Positions 37,638-48,403 are shown, counted from the stretch's first letter. The stretch is DNA of 64,000 nucleotides from Polyangiaceae bacterium (GCA_050287085.1 JBNKBE010000018.1:67864-131863); one strand, 5' to 3'. The notes: generated by a model from the letters alone, not told the origin. Program-made: numbers and translations.

Positions 37638-40600
37638 TCATCTCTTGGTCTGAGCCGCCGCAACAGTTGGAGCAATACTTGCTAACCGGCGGCGGGCGAG
37701 CTCCCAGCACGTGCCCTCGGGCGTCGTCGGAGTGCTGATTCGCCCGTAGTAGTCCCGAGCTACGGCGGGCAATTCAATCTGCTCCGCCATGCGACCCAGG
37801 GTATAATAGATGCACTCGGGCACCTCCGCCGTCGACAACGTCCCAAGCGCCTTGTCCAGAGTTTCTGTTGCCTTCTTGAGCTGCCCGGTCTCCGCATAGA
37901 GCGTGGCTAGGGTCTGCAGCGGACCATAGGATTTGTTCTGGGTACGGGAACAAGCCTCCTCTCCAAGCTGAATGGCCCGTTCCAGATCGCTTGGGTAAAA
38001 GAGCGCCATCCAGGACAGGGAGGAAAACTCGCTATCGTGCGCGAGATTCGAGTCTTTTCGTGCAACCAGCTCGTCCATGGCTTCCGCTATGCGACCACCT
38101 GCGGCCATTTCCTTGTAAACACGTCGCTGCCCCCAGGAGTTGTCCGGGTCGGTCTGCAAGTAGGCGCGCAGCTCTCGCTCCGACTCCGCATGATGCCCTG
38201 CTCTACCCACGAGACTGGCCCAGCTCAACCATACGCCGCGATCCGTCGGCACCAGGTCGCGCAGTTCCGCAAACAGTGCTATTCCCTCTTCGCTCGCTGT
38301 AGCGCTCTTAGCGCTGGCCAAAGCATACGCCGCCGCCAAGTAAAGATCAGGCAAGCGTACAGGCGCTTCGTGGAGCTCGCGCTTGAGGCGGGCAAGATGC
38401 TCTAAGCGCGCTTCCGATAGGCGCGACCAGCTCGCGAGCGAATAGGCGGCAAGCCACAAGCGCGTGTTTTCCATGTCCTCGCCCAGCCCTTTGCGCTGCC
38501 ACACGTCGTTGAAGGCATCATAGTGGGTGTATCGGTTGCGTCGACCTCCATAGTCCTTGAACTTGTCCGCCGCCCAATCGAGCCACGTCCGAGCTTCCCT
38601 GTCGTCCCCCCGCTCCAGCGCATCAAGAGCCATGGACGCAAAGCTGTATGCGTCTGCGCTGCTGAACACGAGTCGATAGCTCGCGCCAGACTTCTCCATA
38701 TAGTAGGTGGCAACCTCCTTGTTGCTGCCGGCAGCAAAACGCTTGATCCGGCTCGCACGACCCACGCTCTCCACCTTCCATTCAGAGATACACGAAAACT
38801 CGTCATAGTTGTGGCGAATGGAAGCTCCCACTTCCACCAGCGGGACGATCGCGTTCAAGAATGCGCGCACCCCAGTCCTATCCCAATATCGTCCATGAGC
38901 GAGACGCCCCTGACGTCCCAACTCCGTGTCGACGTTGGTCTTGGCCTCGCCCAGACGATAGCGGATGGCTAGCAGCGAGCGCACCGGGGGTTGAAGCGAC
39001 TGCTGACAGCTCTTCGCGACGCGCCCGGGCGGCTGCGCTGCAAAGGTCTCATAACGTCTGCGAGTCGCGACCGCGTTCAACTCAGAGCCCTCGAGCGCGG
39101 GCAGGTCAAGCACCTGGATCACTTGCCGATACTCACCGAATAGCTCCAGCAATCCGACCAGGCGAGCTAGCTGCCCGGCCACAGGCAATTCCGTCAACGT
39201 TGCCGCAAGCTGTTCTACGGCGCGCGGCCCCTTGAGCATCATCGTAGCGTAGAGCCACAACGTCTGAATGGCGGGCGAGCGCACCTCGAGCCCGCGCGCA
39301 AAGTCGTCGGCGGCGGCGTAGTCCTGAAGCCAACAATGCAAGCGCATGATCTGTTCGTCATAGCTCGTGGTGCCACTCTTGGCTCGAAGCGAAGTCAGTA
39401 GTTCGAGCGCCTCGCGCAGCTGCTTCGGCTCGGTGTATAGCCTACGCTGGTCGTCGTAGCGCAAATAGCCGGCAAGCTTCTCTCGATAGCTATCTGCCTT
39501 GCGGTCGTCGGGCGCGAGGCGCACAGCCATCGCGTAGCGAGCTCTCGCCTCGGACAACCGAGACCCTGGATAGGCTTCGCGCCCCAAGGAATCGAACGAG
39601 GCGATCCAGCCAACGCTCGCCTGAACTCGCGCGGCTTCCGGAAACTCGCGAGCCAGGTGCTCAACTTGACGTCGAGCTTCATCGCCGAAGCGCAGGCGCA
39701 GCAAAGACTCGGCGTAGCGTACGCGAGCACGCGCCGCATCGTCGCCCGTCCGCACCAGTTGGCGATGAATGTTGAAACTCTCCGCAACGTCGCCTTTCTC
39801 ATAGGCTGCATCAGCACTATGACGAAACTGCAGCTGAAGGTTGGCGTTAGACGTGAACTTCTTGACGACTGCTCGCAACTTCTTCAGGTGACGTGAAGGG
39901 ATGGTCCGCGTAGCCAACTGAACAACGTAGCGCACAACGTACTCGCCAGAGTTCACGCGCCGGCTGTCACGCTCCAAGGTAAGCCCCCGGTATTGGAGGC
40001 GCAAGGGTTCGGGCACCGCCTCATCCCATTGGAACCCGTTCGGGGCGTACAGATGATACTCCGTCGTACGGCGGTGAGGCCTCGATACGTAGATCCCAAA
40101 CTCCCCCGGTTCCGCATAGCGAGGATCCTTCTTCTTCTCCTTCTCCTCCGCCGTCTCTGGCTCATCGAATAGAGTTGCCGGCAGATCCTCATACATGGCA
40201 TTCGGGAATACCGTTGCAAACGCCCCGTCATCGTAGCTCTTGAATTGGGTGGCCTTGTCAACTCGGATTGACAGTCGCGCCTGCTCCGCTCCCGCAGTCA
40301 TCTCGACGTCACTGACGTCGCCCCCGTAGCGCTTGTTGGCGTACTCTTTGAGGCGTGCCTTGAGTGGCTCCTTCGGAGCGTCGAACTGCATTTTGAGATC
40401 GAGCGCGTAGCTGCCACGCGCCTCGGTGGTTTCGACGACACGCGCGTCATTCGCGTCCACGTAGTGCACGTCCACACGTTCGTTCTGCACATTGCGTGCT
40501 GCGTGTGAACGCGGAGTTCTGACCAACCTCCCCAGACGTGAGTCGATGAGTAACGCGGCTCGGTCTTCGTCAGCAGGTGGCAACACGCCAACGTCGCTAT

Positions 40601-41786
40601 AGCCACTCGCCGGGTCGATCCACAGGGGCTGCTTCCCGCCGACACGGACTATGGCATGGTCAAATAGTCCCAAGCCCGGCAGTTCCGTCGATATGTCTAA
40701 GCCCGGCCCGGTCTCGAGCAGCGCCACTTGGGCTGGCACACCCACGCTGCGCAGTAGCGCCGAGAGCAGGGCTGCCTTGTCTTTGCAGTCACCGTAGCGA
40801 CGCTTGAGCACTTGTTCCGGCTCGGCGGGAACAAGCGAACGTTCGCCGAGCTCCAGACCCGTGTAGCGAATATTGGTGTTCAGATACTCAAGCAGCTTGC
40901 GAGCCTTCTCTTGCTCGGTATCGCCCTGAGCGACCAGCGAAGTCGCTATCCTTTTCGCGTCAAAGGCGGCGTATTGCTCAGCTACCTTTGACGCATAGGC
41001 ACGAGCCACGGTCGACCAGTCTTTGCCGCTTGAAAAGGAAACGGCCGGTAGAATGGCCACATCAGGGGGAGTCGCCGGCGGAAAACGACTGAGCGGTCGT
41101 AGATCTGAGTACTCAAACGACCAGACAACACGCCCCCCGTGGCGCTGCACCTGGGGCCTCTTGGCACCGCCCAGGAGTTGATAACGAACTGGCAATGACG
41201 TCGGTGCGTCCACGACCAAGCGATGAAGCTGGGTGAAGGCGCCCCCATAGAACCAATGTCGGAACACGGTCCCAGCGGCAAAGTAGGGGCGTTCATCCAC
41301 GATCGTGACAAGCTCTTCGACGACGCTGCCGGCCTCCACTGCCGGCAGCGGACCACGCACTCGTCGCACGTCGCTGTACGTCTCTCCAGCTTTGCCGGCT
41401 CCCTCTTCCACCAGGGTACTCGCATCGAACCAGCTTTCATCGCCACGAGGCGATACGACACGAGCCCGAACCTCGGGACGGCGTTGGTACCAAGCGGCAT
41501 AGCTCTCCCCTACGAGCCCCCAAGAAGATACGCCGTCCGACGTCAAGATCTTGTAGATGCGATGGACTCGTCGCGTCTTACGCCCGCCCACGTCGAATAA
41601 AACGCGGGTTTCATCGAATAGAACGTCTACATCAATGCCGGCAGGACGCGACGGCGAGTTCGCCGCGAGCAGTACACTGGGGGCAACACTGAAAGGCTCC
41701 CCCGGCGAGAACGCGGCATACGCCGAAGTAGGAAGCCATAGCAACAATCCAAACCAGGCCCAAACGGCAGCAACAGCTCTCGACAA
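37638..41786 (-). CDS. Secreted DUF3857/transglutaminase-like protein with C-terminal TPRs, 1382 aa
   Basis: Signal peptide; catalytic triad motifs YGDCKDK, FDHAI and WIDP; TPR-like C-terminus. Confidence 0.88.
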   Translation of the reverse strand: MSRAVAAVWAWFGLLLWLPTSAYAAFSPGEPFSVAPSVLLAANSPSRPAGIDVDVLFDETRVLFDVGGRKTRRVHRIYKILTSDGVSSWGLVGESYAAWYQRRPEVRARVVSPRGDESWFDASTLVEEGAGKAGETYSDVRRVRGPLPAVEAGSVVEELVTIVDERPYFAAGTVFRHWFYGGAFTQLHRLVVDAPTSLPVRYQLLGGAKRPQVQRHGGRVVWSFEYSDLRPLSRFPPATPPDVAILPAVSFSSGKDWSTVARAYASKVAEQYAAFDAKRIATSLVAQGDTEQEKARKLLEYLNTNIRYTGLELGERSLVPAEPEQVLKRRYGDCKDKAALLSALLRSVGVPAQVALLETGPGLDISTELPGLGLFDHAIVRVGGKQPLWIDPASGYSDVGVLPPADEDRAALLIDSRLGRLVRTPRSHAARNVQNERVDVHYVDANDARVVETTEARGSYALDLKMQFDAPKEPLKARLKEYANKRYGGDVSDVEMTAGAEQARLSIRVDKATQFKSYDDGAFATVFPNAMYEDLPATLFDEPETAEEKEKKKDPRYAEPGEFGIYVSRPHRRTTEYHLYAPNGFQWDEAVPEPLRLQYRGLTLERDSRRVNSGEYVVRYVVQLATRTIPSRHLKKLRAVVKKFTSNANLQLQFRHSADAAYEKGDVAESFNIHRQLVRTGDDAARARVRYAESLLRLRFGDEARRQVEHLAREFPEAARVQASVGWIASFDSLGREAYPGSRLSEARARYAMAVRLAPDDRKADSYREKLAGYLRYDDQRRLYTEPKQLREALELLTSLRAKSGTTSYDEQIMRLHCWLQDYAAADDFARGLEVRSPAIQTLWLYATMMLKGPRAVEQLAATLTELPVAGQLARLVGLLELFGEYRQVIQVLDLPALEGSELNAVATRRRYETFAAQPPGRVAKSCQQSLQPPVRSLLAIRYRLGEAKTNVDTELGRQGRLAHGRYWDRTGVRAFLNAIVPLVEVGASIRHNYDEFSCISEWKVESVGRASRIKRFAAGSNKEVATYYMEKSGASYRLVFSSADAYSFASMALDALERGDDREARTWLDWAADKFKDYGGRRNRYTHYDAFNDVWQRKGLGEDMENTRLWLAAYSLASWSRLSEARLEHLARLKRELHEAPVRLPDLYLAAAYALASAKSATASEEGIALFAELRDLVPTDRGVWLSWASLVGRAGHHAESERELRAYLQTDPDNSWGQRRVYKEMAAGGRIAEAMDELVARKDSNLAHDSEFSSLSWMALFYPSDLERAIQLGEEACSRTQNKSYGPLQTLATLYAETGQLKKATETLDKALGTLSTAEVPECIYYTLGRMAEQIELPAVARDYYGRISTPTTPEGTCWELARRRLASIAPTVAAAQTKR

Positions 41787-42110
41787 GCTCTATCTCCCCG
41801 AACGCAGGAAAGGCCGCGAGCGGCCGATGGCGAAGTCCAGGGCTCATCCTAGAAGGCACGCCTCACGAGTCAACCCTGAGCGTGCTCCTGTAGCTCTTTC
41901 GCACTGAGCATCTCGTGCCTTTGTCCTTGTGTGCTCGCAATGCAGGGCGGGCGCCCGCTCGCATCGACGATCGCGTGCAGCGTCCTAGACACGCCTCCAC
42001 GCAGCACCCTTGGGAGCCCGGTTCCACAATCGCATCGTTTCACAAGTGGAAGACAGACCCAAACCATCGTGGCGCACCGGGGCACCATTCGAGGCCGCCG
42101 CGCCCGGCTA

Positions 42111-43361
42111 CTAGCAGTCCTGGTCCATACTCGAAGCTGCGCCCGCCGCTTTGGCCATCAGTTCATCACGTACGGCCTGCGTCAGGCCCGCCCAGGTCGC
42201 ACGAGGCGCCTCGCTATCGATCACCACGTAGTGCCCCTCTTCCTGGACGATCACCGACTGGCTGAGCAGGAAGTTCAGCGCCTCGGCCAGCTCCGCTTCG
42301 GTCACACCAGTCACTTCCTCTAGCCAGGCTGCGCCGAGGGTGGGCCCAACCAATGTCAAGGCCGCCATCACCTTCTGCGTGGCAGTCGCAGCCGACCGGC
42401 TGCAAAGACGCGCAAGCTCGATATGACACAGCCTGAGTGCATGAAGCAGCTGCTCAGCCCCACTCCAGCGGTCCTCGGGTTCGGCCTGAAGCAGACGCTC
42501 GATCACTTCGTCCACACAAGGCGGCAAGTTCACGAGGGCACTCAATCGAGGGTATCTGCCGCCCTGGAGCATAGCCAGGTAGGACGGATGTTCCCCAAAG
42601 GGGAGCTCCCCCCGAAGCATCTCGTACAACACCATCCCCACCGCCCAAAGGTCGGTGCGTCCATCTTGCTGCGCCAACGCCCACTGCTCGGGTGCCATGT
42701 ACAAGGGCGTCCCTACGATCACGGATTCTGGGCCCGGAAGCTCAGCGTCCACCGCGACATGATAGCTGCCGACTCCGAAGTCCAGCAGCTGCAAACGACC
42801 GTCTGGAGCCACCGAGATGTTGCTCGGCTTGACATCTAGATGGACAATTCCTCGCTGGTGCGCGTGCCGCAGCGCCTCGCTCAACTGAATCGCAAGGCGG
42901 ATGGCGAGCAGTGGAGGCAGAGCCCCCTCGGAGAGCCGCTCCTGAAGGGTCGTGGTTGCGGCACAATTCATCAACAAGCAGGGCAACTCGCCCACCGATT
43001 CCACCCCCAACGCCCGCACTATGCTGGGATGCTCCATCCGCGACAGAGTCCGCGCCTCCTGACAGAGAACCGCCCTTGCCTCCTCGGGAGTACCGGAACA
43101 CAGAATTTTTCCCGCAATGTCTCGCTCGAGCACGCGGTCGCGCACCAGAAATACGGTGCCCGCCCCGCCCTGTCCAAGGCGCGGCCCCAGCTCGTAGCGA
43201 TGCTCCGGACCAAAAACGACTCCCGGCTCCGGCACGCGGACAGTAGCGCCACCCATCACCGGACGGTGCCCCGAGCGGGCCTTGGGCGCCGCTTGGCTTC
43301 GGGCACGCTCGGCCCCTGAGCCTAGGGAAGGCCAAAGCGACTTTTGCGTGTGATCGTTCAT
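42111..43361 (-). CDS. Ser/Thr protein kinase
   Basis: LGQGGAG, HLDVKPSN, LLDFG, GTPLYMAPEQ; SD GAGGAG before ATG 43361. Confidence 0.93.
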   Translation of the reverse strand: MNDHTQKSLWPSLGSGAERARSQAAPKARSGHRPVMGGATVRVPEPGVVFGPEHRYELGPRLGQGGAGTVFLVRDRVLERDIAGKILCSGTPEEARAVLCQEARTLSRMEHPSIVRALGVESVGELPCLLMNCAATTTLQERLSEGALPPLLAIRLAIQLSEALRHAHQRGIVHLDVKPSNISVAPDGRLQLLDFGVGSYHVAVDAELPGPESVIVGTPLYMAPEQWALAQQDGRTDLWAVGMVLYEMLRGELPFGEHPSYLAMLQGGRYPRLSALVNLPPCVDEVIERLLQAEPEDRWSGAEQLLHALRLCHIELARLCSRSAATATQKVMAALTLVGPTLGAAWLEEVTGVTEAELAEALNFLLSQSVIVQEEGHYVVIDSEAPRATWAGLTQAVRDELMAKAAGAASSMDQDC

Positions 43362-43519
43362 GTTCAAGCTCCTCGAACGTAGAAGTACCTGGCGCCGCAC
43401 GATTTGGCGATGACAGCCAATGACAGCGTCACTTCTAGCGGTGGCGATGGGCATTGCCGCGGCCGTGCTTGCCTAGCGCCAGGCGCGACCTGTAAGCTGC
43501 GCCCCTGCCCGTAGAAGCC

Positions 43520-44431
43520 ATGGCCATACTCGCTCAACAGGCCGGCGGCCGGCGCGTGCTGCTGGGAGCCGAAACCACCGTCGGACGCTCTAGCACGTGC
43601 GTGCTGCGGGTGCGTGCGCCCCACGTCTCGAGCGTCCACGCCAGCCTGCGTTGGACGGGTTCGGCTTGGTTTGTCATCGATCTCGGGAGCCGAAACGGGA
43701 CCTGGGTCGATGGGCAACGTCTGGAGGAGGGCGAGCGCAAAGCGATCTCCGCCGGTGCTCGCCTGGCCTTCGGGCGAGTGGACGAGACCTGGGTACTCGC
43801 TGACGCCGGACCGCCCGTCCTGGTTCTTCAGCCCCACGATGAAGGAGAGCCCCTTCCGCTCAGCAGTGGGCTCGTAGCCCTGCCCAACAGTGAATCACCG
43901 CGCGCCACCGTCTTCCTGCAGAGCGACGGAAGCGTACTGCTCGAATCAGAAGACGGCCAACGGGAACTCCGACATGAGGATGAATTCGAGGTAGCAGGAC
44001 GCAGATACACCGCCCTGCTACCTCAGCAACCCTCGCAGACAACAAGTGTCGTGGAGGCTGTGTGCCTGGTGGCTGACCTCCGGCTCAGTTTCAAAGTCTC
44101 TCAGAACGAGGAGCACGTCGAGCTGAACGCTGCCCTCAACGGGGTAGAGCAGCCATTGAAAACGCGCGTTCACCACTATCTCCTGGTTGTACTGGCTCGA
44201 CAACGTCTGGAAGATCGCGATCAGGGCGTCGGAGCGGACGACGAAGGTTGGGTTGAGCAAGGCGATCTATGTGACCGTTTGCAAGTCGATCTGCAGCGCC
44301 TCAACACGGATATCTATCGTATCCGAAAGCAATTTGCCGAGTTATCCCTCATCGATCCCACCCACATCATCGAGCGCCGCTTCGACTCGAAAGAGGTGCG
44401 AATCGGCACCGGTCACCTTCGACTGTCATAG
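43520..44431 (+). CDS. FHA-domain protein with a possible C-terminal DNA-binding helical domain
   Basis: VGRS, VSSVHA and DLGSRNGTWVDG FHA motifs; C-terminal LNTDIYRIRKQF. Confidence 0.88.
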   Translation: MAILAQQAGGRRVLLGAETTVGRSSTCVLRVRAPHVSSVHASLRWTGSAWFVIDLGSRNGTWVDGQRLEEGERKAISAGARLAFGRVDETWVLADAGPPVLVLQPHDEGEPLPLSSGLVALPNSESPRATVFLQSDGSVLLESEDGQRELRHEDEFEVAGRRYTALLPQQPSQTTSVVEAVCLVADLRLSFKVSQNEEHVELNAALNGVEQPLKTRVHHYLLVVLARQRLEDRDQGVGADDEGWVEQGDLCDRLQVDLQRLNTDIYRIRKQFAELSLIDPTHIIERRFDSKEVRIGTGHLRLS

Positions 44432-44729
44432 CCAAGGAGGGACCGCATCAGGGTGGAGGTCTGGAGGCGGCTGGGAGGCGCTTCAACCGCCAGCCTTCTT
44501 CGAAACACGGTCGCAACAAAGGCGTGCAGGGCCCCGCGCGCTGTGTTCATCTCCGTTCGGCAAACATATTCACCGTAGACACGAGACGCGTCTCGCCCCC
44601 CATCTATACCGAGGGAATAAAGACCCACAACATCCTCTACGCCTCTCTCCTGTACGAAGGCCTCTGGGCTATGAAGCTCGAGTAGGAGGTCCTTTGACCA
44701 CCAAGTCGCACGAGGCACCCCGTCAACGG

Positions 44730-44843
44730 TCACTGCGCGCCGATCTCGATGCCACCGCGCTCGCGATGCTGCTCGATGGGATCGACGTCCGCCGCAGCCC
44801 TCGTGCCGAGCATTGGCGGCCGCCTGATCAAACGCACGGATAG
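44730..44843 (+). mobile_element. IS66 accessory protein (TnpB/Orf2) C-terminal remnant
   Basis: LDATALAMLLDGIDVRRSPRAEHWRPP resembles the typical IS66 TnpB C-terminus; no tnpA, tnpC or N-terminus nearby. Confidence 0.65.
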
Positions 44844-45085
44844 ACAAACGTATGCTTCGGGGCTCTTTGGCACCGTGTCGGCTCCGGGTGAGCGAACTCC
44901 ATCTCGCCTGGTTCTGTCGCGCGCAGGAGGCGGAGCGTTGGGTCAGGCCTGTGTTGCCTGCGTTGGTGAGCAAACGGCATGCGCAACCATATGCTCCGGC
45001 GTGGCTCGCTTTCATCGACAGCTCACGGGATACGACACGGACCTCAAGCCTCGGCAACCTTCGCTCACGCTTCGCTCGCGCTGGC

Positions 45086-46432
45086 TCAGCGCAGGGGGAT
45101 GGGCGCCGCGTAGTAGGCGCTCAGGCGCTCGCTGAGTCTTTCCAGGGAGTTGTAAGCGGGGTGGTCGGGAGGAGGGCTGGTGGAGAAGCCGTGCCAGGGC
45201 TGACTGTGGGGCGGACCGTCAAGAGAGTAGAGGTCGAAGAGGGCTCCGATCGAGCCCGCAGCCACGAGATCCGAGATGCGCTCCGCAGTGGGGTAGTTGG
45301 GCATGAGCCCGTAGTCAGACGCACCAATGACCGTCTGCCAATGAAGGTAGCGGAGACCCGTTGCCTGGGTGATGGTACTGATCCAGGTGAGAAAACGGGC
45401 TTGGTCGGTCTCGCTATATGCATCCCACCAACCGTCGTCCTTGGTGCTGTACTTGACGGCGTGGTGCGTGAAGAGCACGTCGAATTGAACGCCCAGGCTC
45501 TGAACGAAGGCGACGCTGCGTTCTGGGTTCCAACCGTTTTCGTTGTCGAACTCGCACAGCCCCATGTACACATTCATGGGAGCGTAGAGGTCACGGAGGC
45601 GGACGAGGGCTTGGGCGTAGCCAGCGATGGTGTTGGGCAGCTCCGCGAGATCCGGGTGTCCTGTTGAGGCCACAGCAACCACGCCATTGTTCGCGTCCCA
45701 GGTGTCGCCGGTGTGGTACTGACGGAGCCAGGTCGTGCTGTCGGGCTCGGTCTGGAAAATGAGCGGCGACCCCTCAGCGGCGGCCGCTTTCATAATCGAT
45801 TCGACATTGTCGAAATACGGACCCATGACGTCAGGATCTTCCACCCCCGCAATGACCACGTCCCACTCCTGTGCTCCGGTATGACCGTTGCCCTTGGCGC
45901 GATCGAGCAACTGGTAGTGGGTGAGCACGGGAACAACCCCGCGCTCTCTGGCTTCAGCCATGCGCGCGGGGAGAACCGTGTCGTCCGCCTCCATGAGGTG
46001 GTACCAATAGAGGTACGTCCAATCAATGCCGTCTGAGGCCTCAACCGTCGGAGGCCAAGACCGAGTCTTCGAAAACGACGAGTAGCCGAAGCCAAAGTAG
46101 TTGGGAAGGATGCTCTCGAGCGCCGGCCGCACAACGGGAGCGCCGGCGTTCGTGCCTCCGGTGCCGCCTACCATCGCTCCGGCCTCCGCTCTCGAGCCCC
46201 GAGTAGAGGTGACCCCGCCGTCGGCACCACCCGTTCCCTCGGACGCCGACCCTCCAGACTTCGCGGACGTAAGCGCTTCGTCACGATTGCCTCCGTCCTG
46301 TCCGCATGCGGCGAGGAATAAGCACCCTGGAACGGCGACAAGAGGCGGAACGAGGAACAAACGAAATGGGCGCATCCCACTATCAATCATGGTTCGTAGC
46401 TTGGCGCATCCGGCGACGAGTCCGGCCGCCAC
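45086..46432 (-). CDS. Lipoprotein with a probable TIM-barrel glycoside-hydrolase-like domain (start uncertain, 46375-46432)
   Basis: Lipobox LAA-C; Gly/Ser linker; aromatic-rich domain with PVLTHYQL and FQTEPD. Confidence 0.6.
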   Translation of the reverse strand: MAAGLVAGCAKLRTMIDSGMRPFRLFLVPPLVAVPGCLFLAACGQDGGNRDEALTSAKSGGSASEGTGGADGGVTSTRGSRAEAGAMVGGTGGTNAGAPVVRPALESILPNYFGFGYSSFSKTRSWPPTVEASDGIDWTYLYWYHLMEADDTVLPARMAEARERGVVPVLTHYQLLDRAKGNGHTGAQEWDVVIAGVEDPDVMGPYFDNVESIMKAAAAEGSPLIFQTEPDSTTWLRQYHTGDTWDANNGVVAVASTGHPDLAELPNTIAGYAQALVRLRDLYAPMNVYMGLCEFDNENGWNPERSVAFVQSLGVQFDVLFTHHAVKYSTKDDGWWDAYSETDQARFLTWISTITQATGLRYLHWQTVIGASDYGLMPNYPTAERISDLVAAGSIGALFDLYSLDGPPHSQPWHGFSTSPPPDHPAYNSLERLSERLSAYYAAPIPLR

Positions 46433-46626
46433 AGTGTAGGGCTCCGCCGGCGTAGCATGACTCTACCGTTCGCGGGCCCCATCCACTCGTGGTCGGGCTC
46501 ATCGCATCTTCCTCGGTTGGAGATAACACCCGGCGTGGCCATTCGAGCTATCACGGACACGTACCCGACCTGCGACCGACGACTGCCGCAGCCACTCCAA
46601 GCGGGCCGTGAGAAACAAGCAAGCCT

Positions 46627-47442
46627 TCAATGCATGGCTTCGCAGTAGGCGTCACGCTCCGCACTATCCGAGCCCGGCGGGTACGCAAAGAGCTGCACAA
46701 ATTGCATCGCGAAGGCGGCAGCCGTGGTCTCAATGCCAGCGACAACCTGCGCACGCGTCGCCTCGTCCGGCGCGTCGCGCAGCGCTACGAAGTTCTGCCA
46801 CGCAATTTCCCGCCAGAGCGGTATCAACGTCGGGTCGTCGTCCAACGGATAAGTGGGATCCAATTCGTCGATGATCTCCTGCGCCACATCAACCTGAGCA
46901 AGAAATACGTTTACCAGGTCATGGTCGTGTTTGCTCACCTCCTGACCACGTAGTGAAAGCTCGTATAAAGTATACGGCAGGTCCCGCTGTATGTGTGCGT
47001 TGATGCCTAGAAATGCATCACCCAAAGCGCTCACGGATTTCGAACTCGCCGCGTCGAAAGCGATTTGCCACGCCCAGGGAACATCCCCGACTCCGCCGTG
47101 ATACGCGTCAAAGGCGCGAAAGTAGAGGTCGGCAAATAGCGAATCCTCACGCGTCACGGAGCTTGTGTCCTCGTATCCAAGAGTGGGTGCTGTCTCCAAG
47201 TACTTCTCGGTGGTGCGCAAGTACACCAGGAGAAAGATGGCGTCGTGATCACAACTGGAGGCCAACTTGCGATAGCGACGTTCCATCTTCTGAATCACGT
47301 GATGCACACACTGAAGGTTACCCACGCTACATTGAGGTTTCTCGTTGAGCTCCTGCTTGGCACACGCGGAGCCAGGACTGGCCGCAAACGCGAGAGTTCC
47401 GAGCACCATCACCGTTCCAGCCACATTCGATCCAACGGACAT
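46627..47442 (-). CDS. DUF5995-like secreted protein
   Basis: FLLVYLRTT, FADLYF, VPWAWQIAF and LGINAHIQRDLP motifs; SD GGAGG. Confidence 0.8.
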   Translation of the reverse strand: MSVGSNVAGTVMVLGTLAFAASPGSACAKQELNEKPQCSVGNLQCVHHVIQKMERRYRKLASSCDHDAIFLLVYLRTTEKYLETAPTLGYEDTSSVTREDSLFADLYFRAFDAYHGGVGDVPWAWQIAFDAASSKSVSALGDAFLGINAHIQRDLPYTLYELSLRGQEVSKHDHDLVNVFLAQVDVAQEIIDELDPTYPLDDDPTLIPLWREIAWQNFVALRDAPDEATRAQVVAGIETTAAAFAMQFVQLFAYPPGSDSAERDAYCEAMH

Positions 47443-47711
47443 ATGCTTCCTCCCTATCTGCCGATATCTTGGCGTTGACTAAGGGTCACCGTAGCACGCA
47501 CTGAAGCATGTGCACTTCCGTTGGCTGGAGAAACTAGTCTCCTCGCACTCTCGACCTGAGCTACAACACAACACCTTCCGGCATGCCATGGCGCACTCGC
47601 CACGCGACTTATGCCATCCACGATCTGCAAGCTGCATTTGTTGCGCCCAGGGCCCCAAGCTGCTTCTGCAATCGTCATATTTCTGACGGAGAAGTTCTCG
47701 TTAGTTGAAAT

Positions 47712-47740
47712 TGGTGGAGACGATGGCGCGAACAGCGACC
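47712..47740 (-). other. Possible tRNA-Ala 3'-end remnant (att-like scar)
   Basis: Minus strand reads GGTCGCTGTTCGCGCCATCGTCTCCACCA; CGTCTCC-A-CCA fits the Ala acceptor 3' strand; no 5' half present. Confidence 0.35.
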
Positions 47741-48403
47741 GAAGCCGGCTGCAGCTTTGTGTGCGCAGGACTTAGACCCCGTGTTGAGCAGCATCGCTGC
47801 TGCCGGAGCTGTCCCGGTTCAATGCATTTCGCTGCTCCGTCAGCCGCGAAGCGGTCGGTAGGAGCATGTGGTAGTCTGCGCCTCAGACTCGCCAGGGTCG
47901 CCCGGTGGTGGCCTTCGCCTCCCAAGTCACCAGGCCCAGCTCAGCGCTCCCCGCGAGGTCCCTGAGCGAATGCTTGCCACTGGCAATGGGCCGCCGATGG
48001 CCTGGACCGAGGGTTACCCCCCGTTCATCCGGCGCCGAGCGCATCTGCCCGTGTTCCACCGACGCGCCCCAGATCAACCGGACCAATACGTCCCTACAGG
48101 GTCGAGGGCGCGCGTCGCAGTCGTGCATCTCCGGTGCCCATCGCGCGGTCGCTCACGGCTTCTATTCCGCGAGGGGCGTCGCATCGCTCTCCTCCCAGTC
48201 CCAGCGACATCCGCTCACAACAGACACGGGCGACGCTGACCAAAGACCACCTGGAGCCGGGCTAGAGCGCGGGGCAGGCGGCGAGGACTTTGCGACCGGC
48301 CAGCGCGTTGATAGCTGTGCCCGCCCCCGAAACCACAGCCGTCCCCGCGGCGTAGTTGGGGCGCGCGCTCACGTTCGAGCCGCGCAGGGAGAGAACGGAC
48401 AAT

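Noticed and set aside
47745..48400. Short ORFs in the gap before the P460 gene
   Set aside because: No SD or motifs; may be decayed sequence, but no call can be supported.
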